Assembly: GCA_951406725.2 (NCBI GenBank)
Contig: OX597814.1
Span: forward strand, 111,600,001-111,664,000
DNA from: Octopus vulgaris
Taxonomy: Eukaryota
Direction: 5' to 3'
DNA: 64,000 bases
Part shown: positions 14,719 to 28,590 of the stretch, one piece after another
How positions within the stretch are numbered: the first letter of the stretch is position 1
Layout: the number at the start of each line of letters is the position of its first letter
Made by a program: the position numbers and the translations under genes
Notes under the pieces: model-generated
Databases searched by the model: none
What the model saw: the letters and a program-made list of their open reading frames with translations, nothing else
Told to the model about the DNA's origin: nothing

Positions 14719-14790
14719 CTGTTGTGTACATCTGTGCAATATCACTATTCTATCTTCCACCTACGATCTTGACAAGTCATATCTTTATTA

Positions 14791-14842
<52 letters not shown>

Positions 14843-16245
14843 TACTACTACTACTACTACTACTACTATTATTATTATTATTATTATCAGAATTTGGCTG
14901 ATTTATACAAGTTTAGACAGGTGTGTTCTGTAGTCTGCAACATGTTGCTAATTAAGAGCATTAATATCAATTAGTTTTCCTTGTAATAGAGTAAAAGTAG
15001 TGAGTGAGGGGGATAATAATGATAATAATGATGATAATAATAATAATAATAATAATAACTTTCCATTGATTTGTTTCAGTTTGTTTCATAATTTTCTTGT
15101 GGCCAATCTTGTTAGGCTCTCTTTGTCAATAGTTAATATACAAAGGATGCGCAAGGCTCGTGTGTAAACTGGGTTACATGAAAGTTCCTTGTTAAAAAAT
15201 AATGATATTGCTTTTAATTTTGTATAGGTCTGTGTGTGTATGTGGTGTGGTGGGGAGCAGGGGGAAGGGGTTCCAGTTGGGAAATTCTTATTGCAAAGCT
15301 GAATTCAATGATGATATAGTAATTTGTTAATTAAACATGCAGCTCGTTTTGTTTTTGTTTTTTTTTTTCAGCACCGGAAAAAAAACAGTTTAATCTGAAT
15401 GCACCAGAGAATTACTGCAGTGTAAAAAACAAACCATAAAGCATATATTTACCATTTACGGCTTGACCAGAGGAAGAAGAAAAGTGTCCAGAATATTTGA
15501 GAATGATTTGAAGACAGTTTCTTCCTCCAAAGATTGCAACAAACATTACATGTATCTGTAATTTCCTGGGGTGTCAAGACTCCTGTCATCATTATCTTTT
15601 GAGGCTGTTGAGGCTGTAATGATCACCCACTCCCAGTTCCACTGCCGAAGTGTACTTCCACCTGTGTCTGTAATGTCACTAGCCCTATTTTCAGTTGTCC
15701 TCCAACATGGGAAGGGAGGTAGGTTGACCACCTTTCAGATGAGTTCCCCTCGGATAGTCCAGCCACCTTAGATGTCTTGTGAGTAGAGTTTGTTGCACAG
15801 AGTTTGACTCAGAAGACATCTTAGGACGGTCTAGATGCGTGCTCAGAAAATACATCTTTTCCAAGCTTCCTAATAATAGTAATTAATTATTGGGCATTAA
15901 TGTTATATGATGGAAGCATGTGGTCCACTGGTTAGAGTGTTGGTCTCATGATTATAGGTTCAATTCCTAGGCTTGGCAGTTAGTCATGTTCTTAAGCAAA
16001 GTACTTCATTTCATGTTGTTCCTGTTTACTCAGCTGAAAATAATTACAATCCCAGTGTTTGTGCAGCCCTCTCTCTCCTCCAGCTGTCACATCCTTGATG
16101 TTCCACTGGGTGATGAGGGGGAAGGCTGAGAGGATATCTTTGTTCTTGGCTCTATAGAAACATGAAACAATTAGCAAAAATATGGTAGACGCTTCCAAGT
16201 CCTACTTGTGAGTGATGGTCAGCTGTTTTGTTTTTCTTAAATATT

Positions 16246-17154
16246 CTTTTCTGCTCTAGGCACAAGACCTGAAATTTTTGGGGAGGTGGGGGCAGTTGAT
16301 TAGATTGACCCCAGTACACAACTGGTACTTAATTTATCGACCCTGAAAGGATGAAAGACAAAGTTGACCTCGATGGAATTTGAACTCAGAACGTAAAGAC
16401 AGACGAATACCACTGAGCATTTCACCCGGTGTGCTAACATTTCTGCCAGCTCACCACCTTACCACTAAATATAATAATCTGTTTTACTAAAGGCACAAGG
16501 CCTGAAATTTAGGGAGAGGGGACCAGTCGATTACATTGAATCCAGTGTTTCACTGGTTCTTAATTTATCAAGCCCAAGAGGATGAGAGGCAAAGCCAACT
16601 TTTGCAGAATTTGAACTCAGAATGTAAAGACAGATGAAATACCGCTAAGCATTTCCCCTGGCGTGCTAACGTTTCTGCTAGCTCACCGCTTTAGTACGTA
16701 TGTTAATATTCTTTTCTGCTCTAGGCACAAGGCCTGAAATTTTTGAGGAGAGGGCTAGTCGATTAGATTGACCCCAGTATGCAACTGGTACTTAATTTAT
16801 CGACTCTGAAAGGATGAGAGGCAAAGTTGACCTCAGCTGAATTTGAACTCAGAATGTAAAGACAGACGAAATACCGCTGATCATTTCACCTGGTGTGCTA
16901 ATGCTTCTGCCAGCTCACTGCCTTGCCACTAAATATAATAATCTGTTTTACTAAAGGCATAAGGCCTGAAATTTAGACAAAGGGGACCAGTTGATAACAT
17001 TGAATCCAGTGTTTCACTGGTTCTTAATTTATCAATCCCGAAAGGATGAAAGGCAAAGCCGATATCGGCGGAATTTGAACTCAGAATATAAAGACAGATG
17101 AAATACTGCTTAGCATTTTGCCTGGTGTGCTAACATTTCTGCCAGCTCGCTGTC
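16246..17154 (-). mobile_element. four tandem SINE family A copies (alternative tail)
   Basis: Two ~465-bp dimers; TTGTTTTTCTTAAATATT at 16228 and 17155. Confidence 0.88.
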
Positions 17155-17809
17155 TTGTTTTTCTTAAATATTATATGATGTTAAGGATGTGATCCAACTA
17201 GGAGTGAACATGTTTTTGGTGTGATCATCATAATCATCATCATCATCATTTAACGTCTGTCATCCATGGGTTGGATGGTTTGGCTTGAGGTGGGATGCTG
17301 CACTAGACTCCAGTCTGATGTGGCATGGTTCGCACAGCTGGATGCCCTTCCTAACATCAACCGCTTTACAGAGTGTGCTGGGTGCTTTTTACATGGCACC
17401 ACATGAGCGTTTTTATACATGGTGCTGCATAGGTCCTTTTATGCAGCACTGCCACATGTGCTTTTCCCCACTAGAAGGACCGATCTTAACACCTCTGCTG
17501 TAGAGTACAGGTCTTCTTGAGTACAGCAAGGCCCAGGCATCTTGGTCTTTTGTCATCTCGCCTGAAAGGCTCAATGTCTATTTCTTTACTACCCACAAGG
17601 GGCTAAACATAGAGTGGACAAACAAGGACAGACAAACGGATTAAGTCGATTATATTGACCCCATTGCGTAACTGGTACTTAATTTATCGACCCTGAAAGG
17701 ATGAAAGGCAAAGTCGACCTCGGAGGAATTTGAACTCAGAACGTAACGGCAGATGAAATACTGCTAAGCATTTCACCCAGCGTTCTAGCGTTTCTGCCAG
17801 CTCGCCTCA

Positions 17810-18070
17810 GTATACTGAGGTCATTCTTCAGTACCCCATTCCATGTCTTCCTGGGTCTCCCACTTCCACATGTTCCTTCTACTTTGAGAGATTGGCACTT
17901 CTTTATGGAACTGTTGGCAACCTTCCACATCACACGACCAAACCAGCACAGTCTTCTCTTTCGTACACTGAATCTAATTCCTCTCATTATTAATTTCCCT
18001 CTCAGAATACATCAGCATTCTGTCGAACATGTACACTTACATTACACACCCAGCGGAGCATGCCAGCCTC
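17810..18070 (-). mobile_element. degenerate RTE LINE fragment
   Basis: RKRRLCWFGRV...KVEGTCGSGRPRKTW matches the RTE at 42 kb. Confidence 0.8.
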
Positions 18071-18580
18071 GTTTCTTTCTAACCCATTAAACAATTACTA
18101 TGGTGATTCCAGAAATGGTTTAAAACTTGAATCAATCAAAGTTGAATTGCATAAAGCAGTGTTGAATAAAATATACACATGTATATGTGCAGGTGTAACT
18201 GTGGTAAGAAGCTTGCTTCCCATCCACATAGTTCTAGGTTCAGTCCCACTGCACTGTGTGGCACCTTGGGCAAATGTCTTCTGCTATAGCCTCGGACTGA
18301 CCAAAGCCTTGAGAGTGGATTTGGTAGACGCAAACTGAAAGAAGCCCATTGTGTGTATATCTAAGTATGAGTGTCTGTCCCTTCCCCTCAACACACATCA
18401 CTACCACCACCACAACCGTTTGATAACTGGTGTTGATGTGTTTGCATCCCTGTAACTTAGCAGTTCAACAAAAGAGACTGATAGAATACAGGTTTGAAAA
18501 GAAAGAAGAAAAAGTACTGGGGTTAACTCCTTTCACTAAAAATTCTTTAAGGCAGAGTGCCAGCATGGCAACAGTCTAAT

Positions 18581-18990
18581 TATTTCTTTATTGCCCTCAA
18601 GGGGTTAAACATAGAGGGGACAAACAAGGACAGACAAAGGGATTAAATCGATTACATTGACCCCAGTGCATAACTGGTACTTATTTAATTGACCCCCAAA
18701 AAATGAAAGGTAAAGTTGACCTCGGCAGAATTTGAACTCAGAATGTAGTGGCAGACAAAATACCTATTTCTTTACTACCCACAAGGGGCTAAACACAGAG
18801 GGGGACAAACAAGGACAGACAACTGGATTAAGGCGATTATATCCACCCCAGTGCGCAACTGGTACTTAATTTATCGACCCTGAAAGGATGAAAGGCAAAG
18901 TCGACCTTGGTGGAATTTGAACTCAGAATGTAGTGGCAGACAAAATACCGTTAAGCATTTCACTGGTGTGTGAATGATTCTGCCAGCTTG
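18581..18990 (-). mobile_element. SINE family A dimer
   Basis: Same head-body-body layout. Other family A copies at ~4672-5029, 17579-17807, 26350-26563, 45455-45673, 52057-52630 and 53315-53760. Confidence 0.85.
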
Positions 18991-20829
18991 ATTCTGGCCA
19001 CAGTCTAATAAACCAAGTAAAAGATAACAGATTACAGCCATGTTTAACATGTTTTGGTACATTTGGAAGTGAGAAGAACTTTCACTGAGGAAATAGCCTC
19101 TGGAGAAATGTCTCGTCTTAGACAATATATATGGAAACACATTGGGCTATGAATGATGTTGAATCATAGGACATCTATATTTCTGTACTGTTGCACATTG
19201 TCAGCTAGGGATACTGAATCCATGACATAGGGCATATCCTAGGTACTTCTAGACCTGGTGGAGCCCATCTGTTTCCAGGTCTGACTATAATCAGTTTCTT
19301 CCAGAAAGAGAAAAACCAATACTTTTATGGGAATAGTATTTTATTGATCAGCTAAACAAAATGATGGAAGCAAAGTTGGTCTTGGTGAGATTTGAACCCA
19401 GATTGCAGAGAATAAGAATGATTACCGCAAAGCAAGCTATCAGATACTCTAATGATGCTACCAATTGGCTACCTTAGGAAGGAATTACAACTGTGTTTCG
19501 TTGTCTGCTACCACAACAGCTCCTTTATAGGATCCAGTTAGCTCAAGACATCAGGAGGAACCACGTCTGGTTTTGGCCCCTACTCCTCTACCGTTCTGAC
19601 ATGGCGGGGCCCCGCCTTTCGGAGGTGTCTTCAGCTCTGGTGTTGGGTGCATGTCTTCTTTCTTCTTTCTTCTGTTCCCTGGCCTCTTCGATGTAGCGTC
19701 AACGAGTGTCAGCTGGCGACTGACTGACTAGTAAAAGTATGAGGAAAAGAATCCATGTTTTGTGAGGATGGACGAAAACCAATTTTTTTTTTAAGGGATT
19801 TGCATTCTACTTTTGCATCAATGACATTTGTTTAATTAAGAAATTATGGTGCTAATATCGTATGATATCTACCATCCATTTTCTACATCTACCAACTCTC
19901 AGTAGTAGGAAGCATGTGTGCCCCATGGTTCTTATTTATAAGCTCTGCATCAGAGTCCTCTGAGTTTGGAGGTTGATCACCAGTCAACATTTACCACAGT
20001 TCATCATCATCATCATCTTTTAACGTCCGCTTTCCATGCTAGCATGGGTTGGACGATTTGACAGAGGGCTGGCAAACCAGATGGCTGCACCAGGCTCCAA
20101 TCTTGATCTGGCAGAGTTTCTACAGCTAGATGCCCTTCCTAACGCCAACCACTTCGAGAGTGTAGTGGGTGCTTTTACAAAAAAGGCTCTGGTCAGCATG
20201 ATGCTTGTGTGAACAACTAAATGAGCTAGAATTAATTGCTGAAGGTCATAAGTGGGTTGTTTGGTAGAGTAGATTGTTGTTTACAGTAGGTTGCAAACAG
20301 CAAAGTAAATATAATATAGTAACACCGAAATTATTTACACTTTCTAAATGATGTCATTTGTTTCTTTGAGATTATAAATTATTTTGAGTAATAAAGTTAA
20401 AATTTTTTATATTTTTAGGCAAAATAAAAAATTTACATCATCGTCACCATCTTTGCTTTCCATGCTGGCATAGATTGGATGGTTTAACCCTTTTGATACC
20501 AACCCGGCTGGAGCCACCTCTGGCTCTGTACTACAAATGTCTTGTTTTCATAAGTTTTGAATTAAAATCTTCCACCAAACTTTCTTTTATTCTTTTATTC
20601 TTTTACTTGTTTCAGCCATTTGACTGTGGCCATGCTGGAGCATCACGTTTTAGTCGAGCAAATCAACCCCAGAACTTATTCGTTGTAAGCCTAGTATTTA
20701 TTCTATTGGCCTCTTTTTGCCGAACGGGAACACAGACACACCAGCATCGCATGTCAAGCGATGCTGGGCGGGGGGCAAACATACATACACACACACACAC
20801 ACACACTCACACACACACACACACACACG

Positions 20830-20867
<38 letters not shown>

Positions 20868-21149
20868 TACATATACACCATGGGCTTATTTCAGTTTCTG
20901 TCCACCAAATCCACTCACAAAGCTTTGGTCAGCCCAAGGTTATAGTAGAAGACACTTGACCAAGGTGCCACACAGTGGGACTGAACCCGGAACCATGTGG
21001 TTGGTAAGCAAGCTACTTACCACACAGCCACTCCTAACAGTAGTTGAATGATAACTAAGTTATTTTACTAAATTCTTTGTTATATTTAAAATAATTGAAA
21101 GAAACACAGAACATCTCAAAAGAAATGCGGTAATGAAAGGTTTAGAGAT

Positions 21150-21703
21150 TAGAACATTGACCTCCTGGAAACTGTTCAGAGATGTGCAACCAAGCAAATA
21201 CTCTCCATCAGGCATCTACCATACTCTAAACGCCTTGCTTTTCTGGGCATAAATACATTGAAGCTCCAACATTTGGCAACTGACTTGGTAAACACCCACA
21301 AAATTATTAACCATTGTACCAACAACCACCTTGAACACCTTTTTGAGCTCCATGTGTCTAACACATGTGGGCATGCCTACAAAGTCAGAAAACAGCACAG
21401 CTCCCATGACATTCAGAAACATTTTTTCACACTCAGAGTTGCTGAAGCATGGAACAAACAATCTGCATCAGTTGTTAGTTGTGAAGACGTTGCTTCCTTT
21501 AAAACCTCCATGCTTCCTGAAATTCGCTAACACTACACCTGATACCCTCCTCTCCATACGCATGCACACATGTATATTATGACTCATACACTGTTCACTT
21601 TCCTGTCTTTTGTACATAATTCTATGTATTACAAATGCACCTTTGATGAGTTGTAGTGCACCTGAGCACTATACACAATAATTTCATTATTAGTATTATT
21701 ATA

Positions 21704-21748
<45 letters not shown>
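21150..21748 (+). mobile_element. CR1-like LINE 3' end with (ATT)n tail
   Basis: LPYSKRLAFLG..TL...DL...HK...TCGHAYKV...FFTLRVAEAWN...VVS...SFK matches CR1 ORF2 C-terminal motifs. Confidence 0.85.
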
Positions 21749-21750
<2 letters not shown>

Positions 21751-21751
21751 A

Positions 21752-22147
21752 CTAGCAGTATTGCCCGGCGTTGCTCGGGTTTGTAAGGGAAATAACTATA
21801 TAAGCATTTTTAGAGATGTAAAGTATAATAGCCATCTCAATATGGTTAACCACAAAGGGGGGTGTTACTGTAGCTTTTTACGTTCTGAGATTTAATAATA
21901 CTATTTTAGAGAGTTACTTCCCTTATATAAACCGAGCAAAAATGCATTAAAAATGCGGAAAAATTATGTTAAATTTTTTTTAAAATCGTAGACTCATCAT
22001 AGACGCGCGCTAATACCCAGAAGGGCTCAATAGGAATCACGACTATATGATACCCGCTTTTGGTTACACTGCACCGCAAAATGTGGGAGTAGTTAGGAAT
22101 CTAAATCGTAGGAGACAGACACACAACTTCACTTTTATATATAAAGA
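21752..22147 (-). mobile_element. non-autonomous Helitron
   Basis: Minus strand reads A|TCTTTATATATA ... CCCGAGCAACGCCGGG hairpin ... CTAG|T: TC 5' end, subterminal hairpin, CTAG 3' end, A-T target, no TSD. Confidence 0.85.
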
Positions 22148-22704
22148 TATGATAGAGAGACAGGTATTAGTTTCTTGCTGTTGGGTTCCACACTGGTAAT
22201 GCAAATTAACTTCTTATCACCCGGCATATGACTACCTCCCTTGTTGACTCATGTGTTTCTGCATAGTTGCCCATCATCAGCTAGGAATACTGAATTGATG
22301 CTCTTGTGACATAGGCCATATCTTGGGCACTTTTAGAACTGGTGGAGCTTATCTGTTTCTTCAAAAAAAGATAATAAATGAAAAATAAAAGGTTTGGAAT
22401 AAGAGTTAACTTGAGTAAAAACTGAAACATGTCAAAAAATGTTTCTTATTCTGGCACTTGGCCCAAAACAAATCGCCATGGAAATTAATACTTATTATTG
22501 GCTAATGGTAAGTGATTACAATCTGTTACCACAAACTATTTAGTCATTTGGTACATTGCAATCTGATTGGTCATACCTGGAAACACATTTTGATTAACAG
22601 AGAATATTTCAGATGCAGGCATGGCTGTGCGGTTAAGAAGTTGGCTATATAACCATGTTGTTTCAGATTCTGTCCCCCTCCATGCCTGAAACACGTAAAA
22701 GAGT

Positions 22705-22984
22705 AAACAGAAAATAGAGAAATATCAATGAACAGCAATTGACTTACACCAATTATTATTTATTGATTCAAAACAAATAGACTGCATACCATCTAACAGC
22801 TGTTTCTGCTTCCAATGTTGTATGGTACTGCCATTGATGTGCTAAAAATATCAGTGGTAATACCCTACAACATTGGAAGCAGAAACAGCTGTTAGATGAG
22901 ATGCAGTCTATTTGTATTGAATTAATAAAGGATAAATGATGTAAGTCAATTGCCGTTCATGGATATTTCTCCATTTTCTGTTTT
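22705..22984. repeat. long imperfect palindrome (fold-back element)
   Basis: CATCTAACAGCTGTTTCTGCTTCCAATGTTGTA / TACAACATTGGAAGCAGAAACAGCTGTTAGATG; ~130-bp arms. Confidence 0.9.
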
Positions 22985-23687
22985 CTTCAAATTTCAAATA
23001 TATATATATAAAGTTAATCCAAACATGAAAACACAAAGAGAAAACACAAAGAGAAAACACAACAATGCGAGGACATAGAACAAGTATAGTGTTATTGGAC
23101 GCTCAGGAAAGGAGGGTTTAATGTTTTGAGCAGAGCTCTTTGTCAGAAACATAAGAAAAGGAAAGATACAAAGAAGGGAAGACGGAGGAAAAAAATCGCC
23201 AAACGGTATACACGCGGTCACATTTTGATATATATATATATCATCATCATCATCATCATCATCATTTAACGTCCATTCTCCATGTTAGCATGGGTTGGAC
23301 GGTTCGACCGGGGATCTGGGAAGCCAGAAGGCTGCACCAGGCTCCGGTCTTATCTGGCAACGTTTCTACAGCTGGATGCCCTTCCTAACGCCAACCACTC
23401 CGTGAGTGTAGTGGGTGCTTTTTACGTGCCACCTGCACTGGTGCCAAGCGAGGCTGGCATCGGCCACGGTCGGATTGGTGCATTTTATGGAAGCCAGTCG
23501 AGGCTGCACTGGCATCTGCCGGGTGCTAGTCATAGGATTGGTTCAATTTCGATTTCAATTTCGATTTCACTTGCCCCAACAGGTCTTCGCAAGCAAGGGG
23601 GGTTGCCATAGGTGCCTGTCGTCGGATGAGGTTCAATATCGACTTCGCTTGCCTCAACAGGTCTTTGTGTGTCCAAGGGGAGAAAGG

Positions 23688-23743
<56 letters not shown>

Positions 23744-24655
23744 TATATATATAAATATGTGGTGTATATGTGTCTTCTTGTCTTGACTTTTTATGATTGT
23801 TGTAAAAGGATGTCATTCATTATCATCATCATCATCATCATCATCATCATTTAAAGTCTGTTTTCCATGCTGGCATGGGTTAGATGGTTTGACAGGAGCT
23901 GGCTAGCCAGAGAGCTGAACCAGGCCCTAATTGTCTGTCCGCTTTGGCATGGCTTCTGTGGCTGGATACCCTTCCTAATGCCAATCATTTTACTGAGCAT
24001 AATTATCAGCTCAGCAAAAACATGTCTGGCCATGGGGAAATATTATCTTGCTTGGAAAATGATAAGGGTTGGCACCAAGAAGGGCATCCAGCTGTAGAAA
24101 ATCTGCTTCAACAGATTCCATGTGACCCATGCAAACATGAAAAAGTGGACACTTAATAATGACAATAGCGATGATGATGATGACTTGAAGCAAAGTTTGA
24201 TTAAAATATCAATGTGTATAACATTCATAATTACATAAGTACTTATTCATGAACGAATTATTAATTTAGACAATTAAGCTTACGTCCAGTCAGTAATTTT
24301 ACTGGAAATGAGCAATGGGACAAGAGCAGAGATAGTTTCTATTGTATGGTTGTCTTGCAGTGAAAAACCTCCGTTGTTTGCTGGCTGTGGAAGTGTGTTG
24401 CTGTTGTTTAAGTTCTCGTACAGTCATCCAGTTGAATGACATTGAGTGACAGAGAATCAATTCTTGTCAATATTCAATAGAAGAGAAATCAATAAATAAT
24501 AGATCTGACACACATTCACGATGAAGGAGTGAAAAGTTGCTCTGTTTATTAGAACAAAAGACACAGACACAGACACACACACACACACAAGTAGAGAGAG
24601 CAAGCGATATATATATATATGTGTATGTGTATGTGTGTGGAGTGTGTGTATGTGT

Positions 24656-24687
<32 letters not shown>

Positions 24688-24699
24688 CATATATATATA

Positions 24700-24902
24700 C
24701 CGGAATAAGCACATAAATGTGAAACAAGGTGGAAAAAAGAGTAATCAAATACCAGAAGCAGAGTAATATGCTTTATTAAAATATCACAAAAACTGTTACT
24801 CAGAGTTTCATGTTCCAGTTCGTCGGACAGTTTTGTCTGACGAACGGCAACGTGAAACTCTGAGAAACAGTTTTTGTGATATTTCTGCTGCTTTTAACAA
24901 AG
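24700..24902. repeat. fold-back of the same hammerhead-bearing repeat (both cores mutated)
   Basis: Inverted arms centred at ~24832, homologous to 41307-41450; the + arm has GTA>GAA and the - arm has CTGA>CCGA. Confidence 0.8.
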
Positions 24903-25647
24903 TATATATACATATATATCATTATCATCATCATCATCACCATCGTTTAACATCTGCTTTCCATGATAGCATGGGTTGGACGATTTGACTGGAGACTGGC
25001 AAACCAGATGGCTGCACCAGGCTCCAATCTGATCTGGCAGAGTTTCTACAGCTGGATGCCCTTCTTAATGCCAACCACTCCAAGAGTGAAGTGGGTGCTT
25101 TTACGTGCCACCGGCATGAGGGCCAGTCAGGTGGTACTGGCAACGGCCATGCTCAAGTGGTGTTTTTATGTACCACTTGCACAGGAGCCAGTCCAGCGGC
25201 ACTGGCAACGACTTCGATCGAATGTTTTTCATGTGCCACTGGCACAAGTGCCAGTAAGGCGATGCTGGTAATGTTCATGTTTGAATGGTGCTTTATATGT
25301 ACCACCAACATGGAAGCCAGTCAGCTGCTCTGGCAGTGATCATGCTCGGATGGTGCTCATAGTGCCCCACTGGCACTGGTGCCAGTCATCGAATTTGTGA
25401 ATTTGATTCGATATCAATTTCACTTGCCTCAGCAGGTCTTCACAAGCAGAGTTTAGTGTCCAGGGATGTGGCCTAGTGGTTAAGGGTGTTGCACTCATGA
25501 TTCTTAGATTGTAGGTTTGATTCCCAGACCAGGCAGTGCATTGTGTTCTTGAGCAAAACACTTGATTTCACATTGCTCTGGTCCTCTCAGCTGTAAATGG
25601 CTCACCCTGCAACAGAATAGCCTGCAGATCAGGGGAAATATTGACCA

Positions 25648-25850
25648 GCATGCCTACAAAGTCAGAAAACAGCACAGCTCCCATGACTTTCAGAAACATT
25701 TTTTCACACTCAGAGTTGCTGAAGCATGGAACGAAATACCTGCATCAGTTGTTAGCTGTCAAGACATTGCATCCTTTAAAACCTCCATGCTTCCTGAAAT
25801 TCACCAACACTACAAGCAAATATACCCCACCCCACTTCATACGCATGCAC
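25648..25850 (+). mobile_element. shorter copy of the same CR1-like 3' end
   Basis: Near-identical to 21372-21568. Confidence 0.85.
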
Positions 25851-27449
25851 AGGAGTTAAACCTTAACTGTGGAAGTGAAAAATAGAGAGAGCGAGAGGTG
25901 TTTAGTTCAAACTAATTCCAATAACTCTGTTTTAATTCATAGAAATACAGGGATTGATTGATCCTGTTAACTAATTAATGGAATAATCATGTAGCTATAA
26001 ATAATGTATCATCATCATCTGAATGAATTACTAATGCAGCTGGTGTGATATATTCTAGCATTACTGACATGTAGAGTTATGCTAAACAGCTGTTGCTGTG
26101 TGTAGAATGGATCTGGCTGTTGGATGAGTTTGTCGTGAAGATCATCAAGTCAACCTTCCTTTAAAAAGGGAGGGAAAGCTTCGCTTTTTGGTGGCCTTGG
26201 TGAAAGAGATTGTGTAGGGGTCAAAGCTGAAAGGATTGAGAGCAGACATTTTTCTCTTCAGTCAAGCCTCTATTGAATTTTTGAAGCTCCACCTGAAAAG
26301 AAAAGGGAGGATGGAGTGAGAAGTATTCTTCAACTGTGAATTCATCTAATAATAATTATTTCAAATTTTTGCTCCAAGGGCAGCCTAGGGGTGGTGGGGA
26401 TGAGTTGATTACATCGAACCCCTCCCCCCAGTGTTCAACTGGTCCTTGAAAGGACAAAAGGCAAAGTTGACTTTAGCGGAATTTGAACTCAGAACGTAGC
26501 AATGGGCATAATACTACTAAACATTTTGTCCAGCATGCTAACCATTCTGACAGCTCGCTGCCTTAATTTGTCTAATAATAATGACATCAGTAAAAGATCA
26601 AAGAACTGACCGAAAGGTAGCTTTAGTTGGTACAACATGATGGCCTCTACTTTGAAGAGTGATAAATAGATCTGAAGAGTTGGGTCAGAAGTGGAGGAGG
26701 TGAACTGGAGCAGAGAAACTAAGAAGCTTACGCCTGATTTGAATGGCCAGCCTAATGTTTTCCCCAATTTAGCATCACCATTTTGTCTTTGGGGGATTAT
26801 AGCAAAGGTCATCCTTCAGCAGGTGTTTTAACCAGACCCTGGTTATTTTTCAGGTGGTCTTATTATTTACTCAGATAGGTGTGGGTCAATCAGACATATA
26901 ACACTTAGGTAATCATCATCATCATCATCATCATCGTTTAACGTCCGTTTTCCGCGCTAGCACGGGTTGGACGGTTTCGACCGGGGTCTGGGGAGCTCGG
27001 GACTGCCCCAGGCTCCAGTCTAGTCTGGCAGTGTTTCTACAGCTGGATGCCCTTCCTAACGCCAACCACTCCGCGAGTGTAGTGGGTGTTTTTTACGTGC
27101 CAGCTGCACAGGTGCCAGAGGGGTCTGGCATCGGCCACGTTCGGATGGTGCTTTTTATGTGGGGGGTGCAGAAATATAGGGGAGCACCAGTGGGGAGGGG
27201 TGGTTCAGAGAAATGATGACAGGTTCTAGGCAAGTAGAACGTAGGATATCGAGAGAAGGGTAATGCATGGTGAAATAGCGTATTGAAGAGGGGGGGTTCG
27301 AAGAGTAGACACCTATAATGGTGGTGGGAGAAGCGACATCCGGTATAGATGGAGCAAAAATATAGATATCCGGTATTGGTGGTGGGGGTGGGTATTGGCG
27401 GTGGGGGTGGGTATTGGCGGTGGGGATAATAATAATAATTAATAATAAC

Positions 27450-27514
<65 letters not shown>

Positions 27515-27522
27515 TAATAATC

Positions 27523-27995
27523 ATGCCTCCTCATTGATATGACTGTCCCAATCGATATAAACGTATCTGTCAAGACCTACCAAAAACTGAGCAAGTATAA
27601 AGATCTTGAAACAGAAATTAGCAAAATGTGGAACCTCAAGACTAAAACAACACCTGTTGTCATAGGTGCACTGGGAATGATAGCAAAAAAGGCTTATTGC
27701 TACCTAGCTCAGATACTAGGAAATCCAGAAATGGCAAAAATTCAAAAGATAGTGTTCATGGGAACTGCCCATATTCTACATAAAATAATATCTATGTAAT
27801 CTCAAATTTTAAAACAAACACAATTTTCTTATGGTTTTTTAAACATTCTCTAGAACAACAATATGTACAGAACCAAATATATGGCACTCTACGCATAACA
27901 CCAACATGAACTTCTACCTTGTTGTCTCTTAAGATCTCTGGGTGAGACTTGGAGCCAAATTGTACAAATGCAAAGCAATGGTCAAACATAAAATA
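27523..27995 (+). mobile_element. second R4/Dong-like REL 3' fragment in (TAA)n
   Basis: CLLIDMTVPIDINVSVKTYQKLSKYKDLETEISKMW...PVVIGALG; (AAT)n tracts on both sides. Confidence 0.85.
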
Positions 27996-28012
27996 ATAAT
28001 AATGATGATTAT

Positions 28013-28059
<47 letters not shown>

Positions 28060-28431
28060 TGATGATGTTAATAATAATAACATTTAAATTATTGAAGCTA
28101 CAAGGACAGGTCTTTACATTAATTGAGAGAGGCCATTTCGAATTGCAGTGGCCATCAAGCAAGGGAGATTACTCTTGTTGCCTTAGCAGAAAATCTTTTT
28201 TCGCTTGAATCCATCACCATTTCATGCAGTGAATATTACTAATAGCGAGGAAGATAGAAATTAACGCAAACATGTGGTAAATGATGGCGCCTGGATTTAC
28301 ACATAGAGTCAGTTAAATTATAATTTAAACGAAAGTAAATTCGGCAATCTGAGAAGAGTAGCGATAACCTACTTCGGCAACAATTCGAGAAAGTTCGAAA
28401 AAAAAAGGTAGCGTTTTGGAGCTTCTCCAAT

Positions 28432-28445
28432 GTGTGTGTGTGTTT

Positions 28446-28504
<59 letters not shown>

Positions 28505-28590
28505 GCAAGAGAAAAAGAAGAAAGGGAGAGAGAAAGAAAGAAAGAAAAAGAGAGAGAGAAAGAAAGAAAGAAAGAAAGGGAGAGAGACTG
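28432..28590. repeat. (TG)n/(GA)n/(GAAA)n compound microsatellite
   Basis: Direct reading. Many other (TA)n, (CA)n, (TATG)n and (ATT)n tracts occur in the window (e.g. 3004-3098, 14653-14887, 20780-20875, 27426-27521, 41630-41790). Confidence 0.95.

Noticed and set aside
14589-14933. Poly-Ile/His-Thr/Cys-Val ORFs here and throughout the track
   Set aside because: They are translations of (ATT)n, (CA)n and (TG)n microsatellites.
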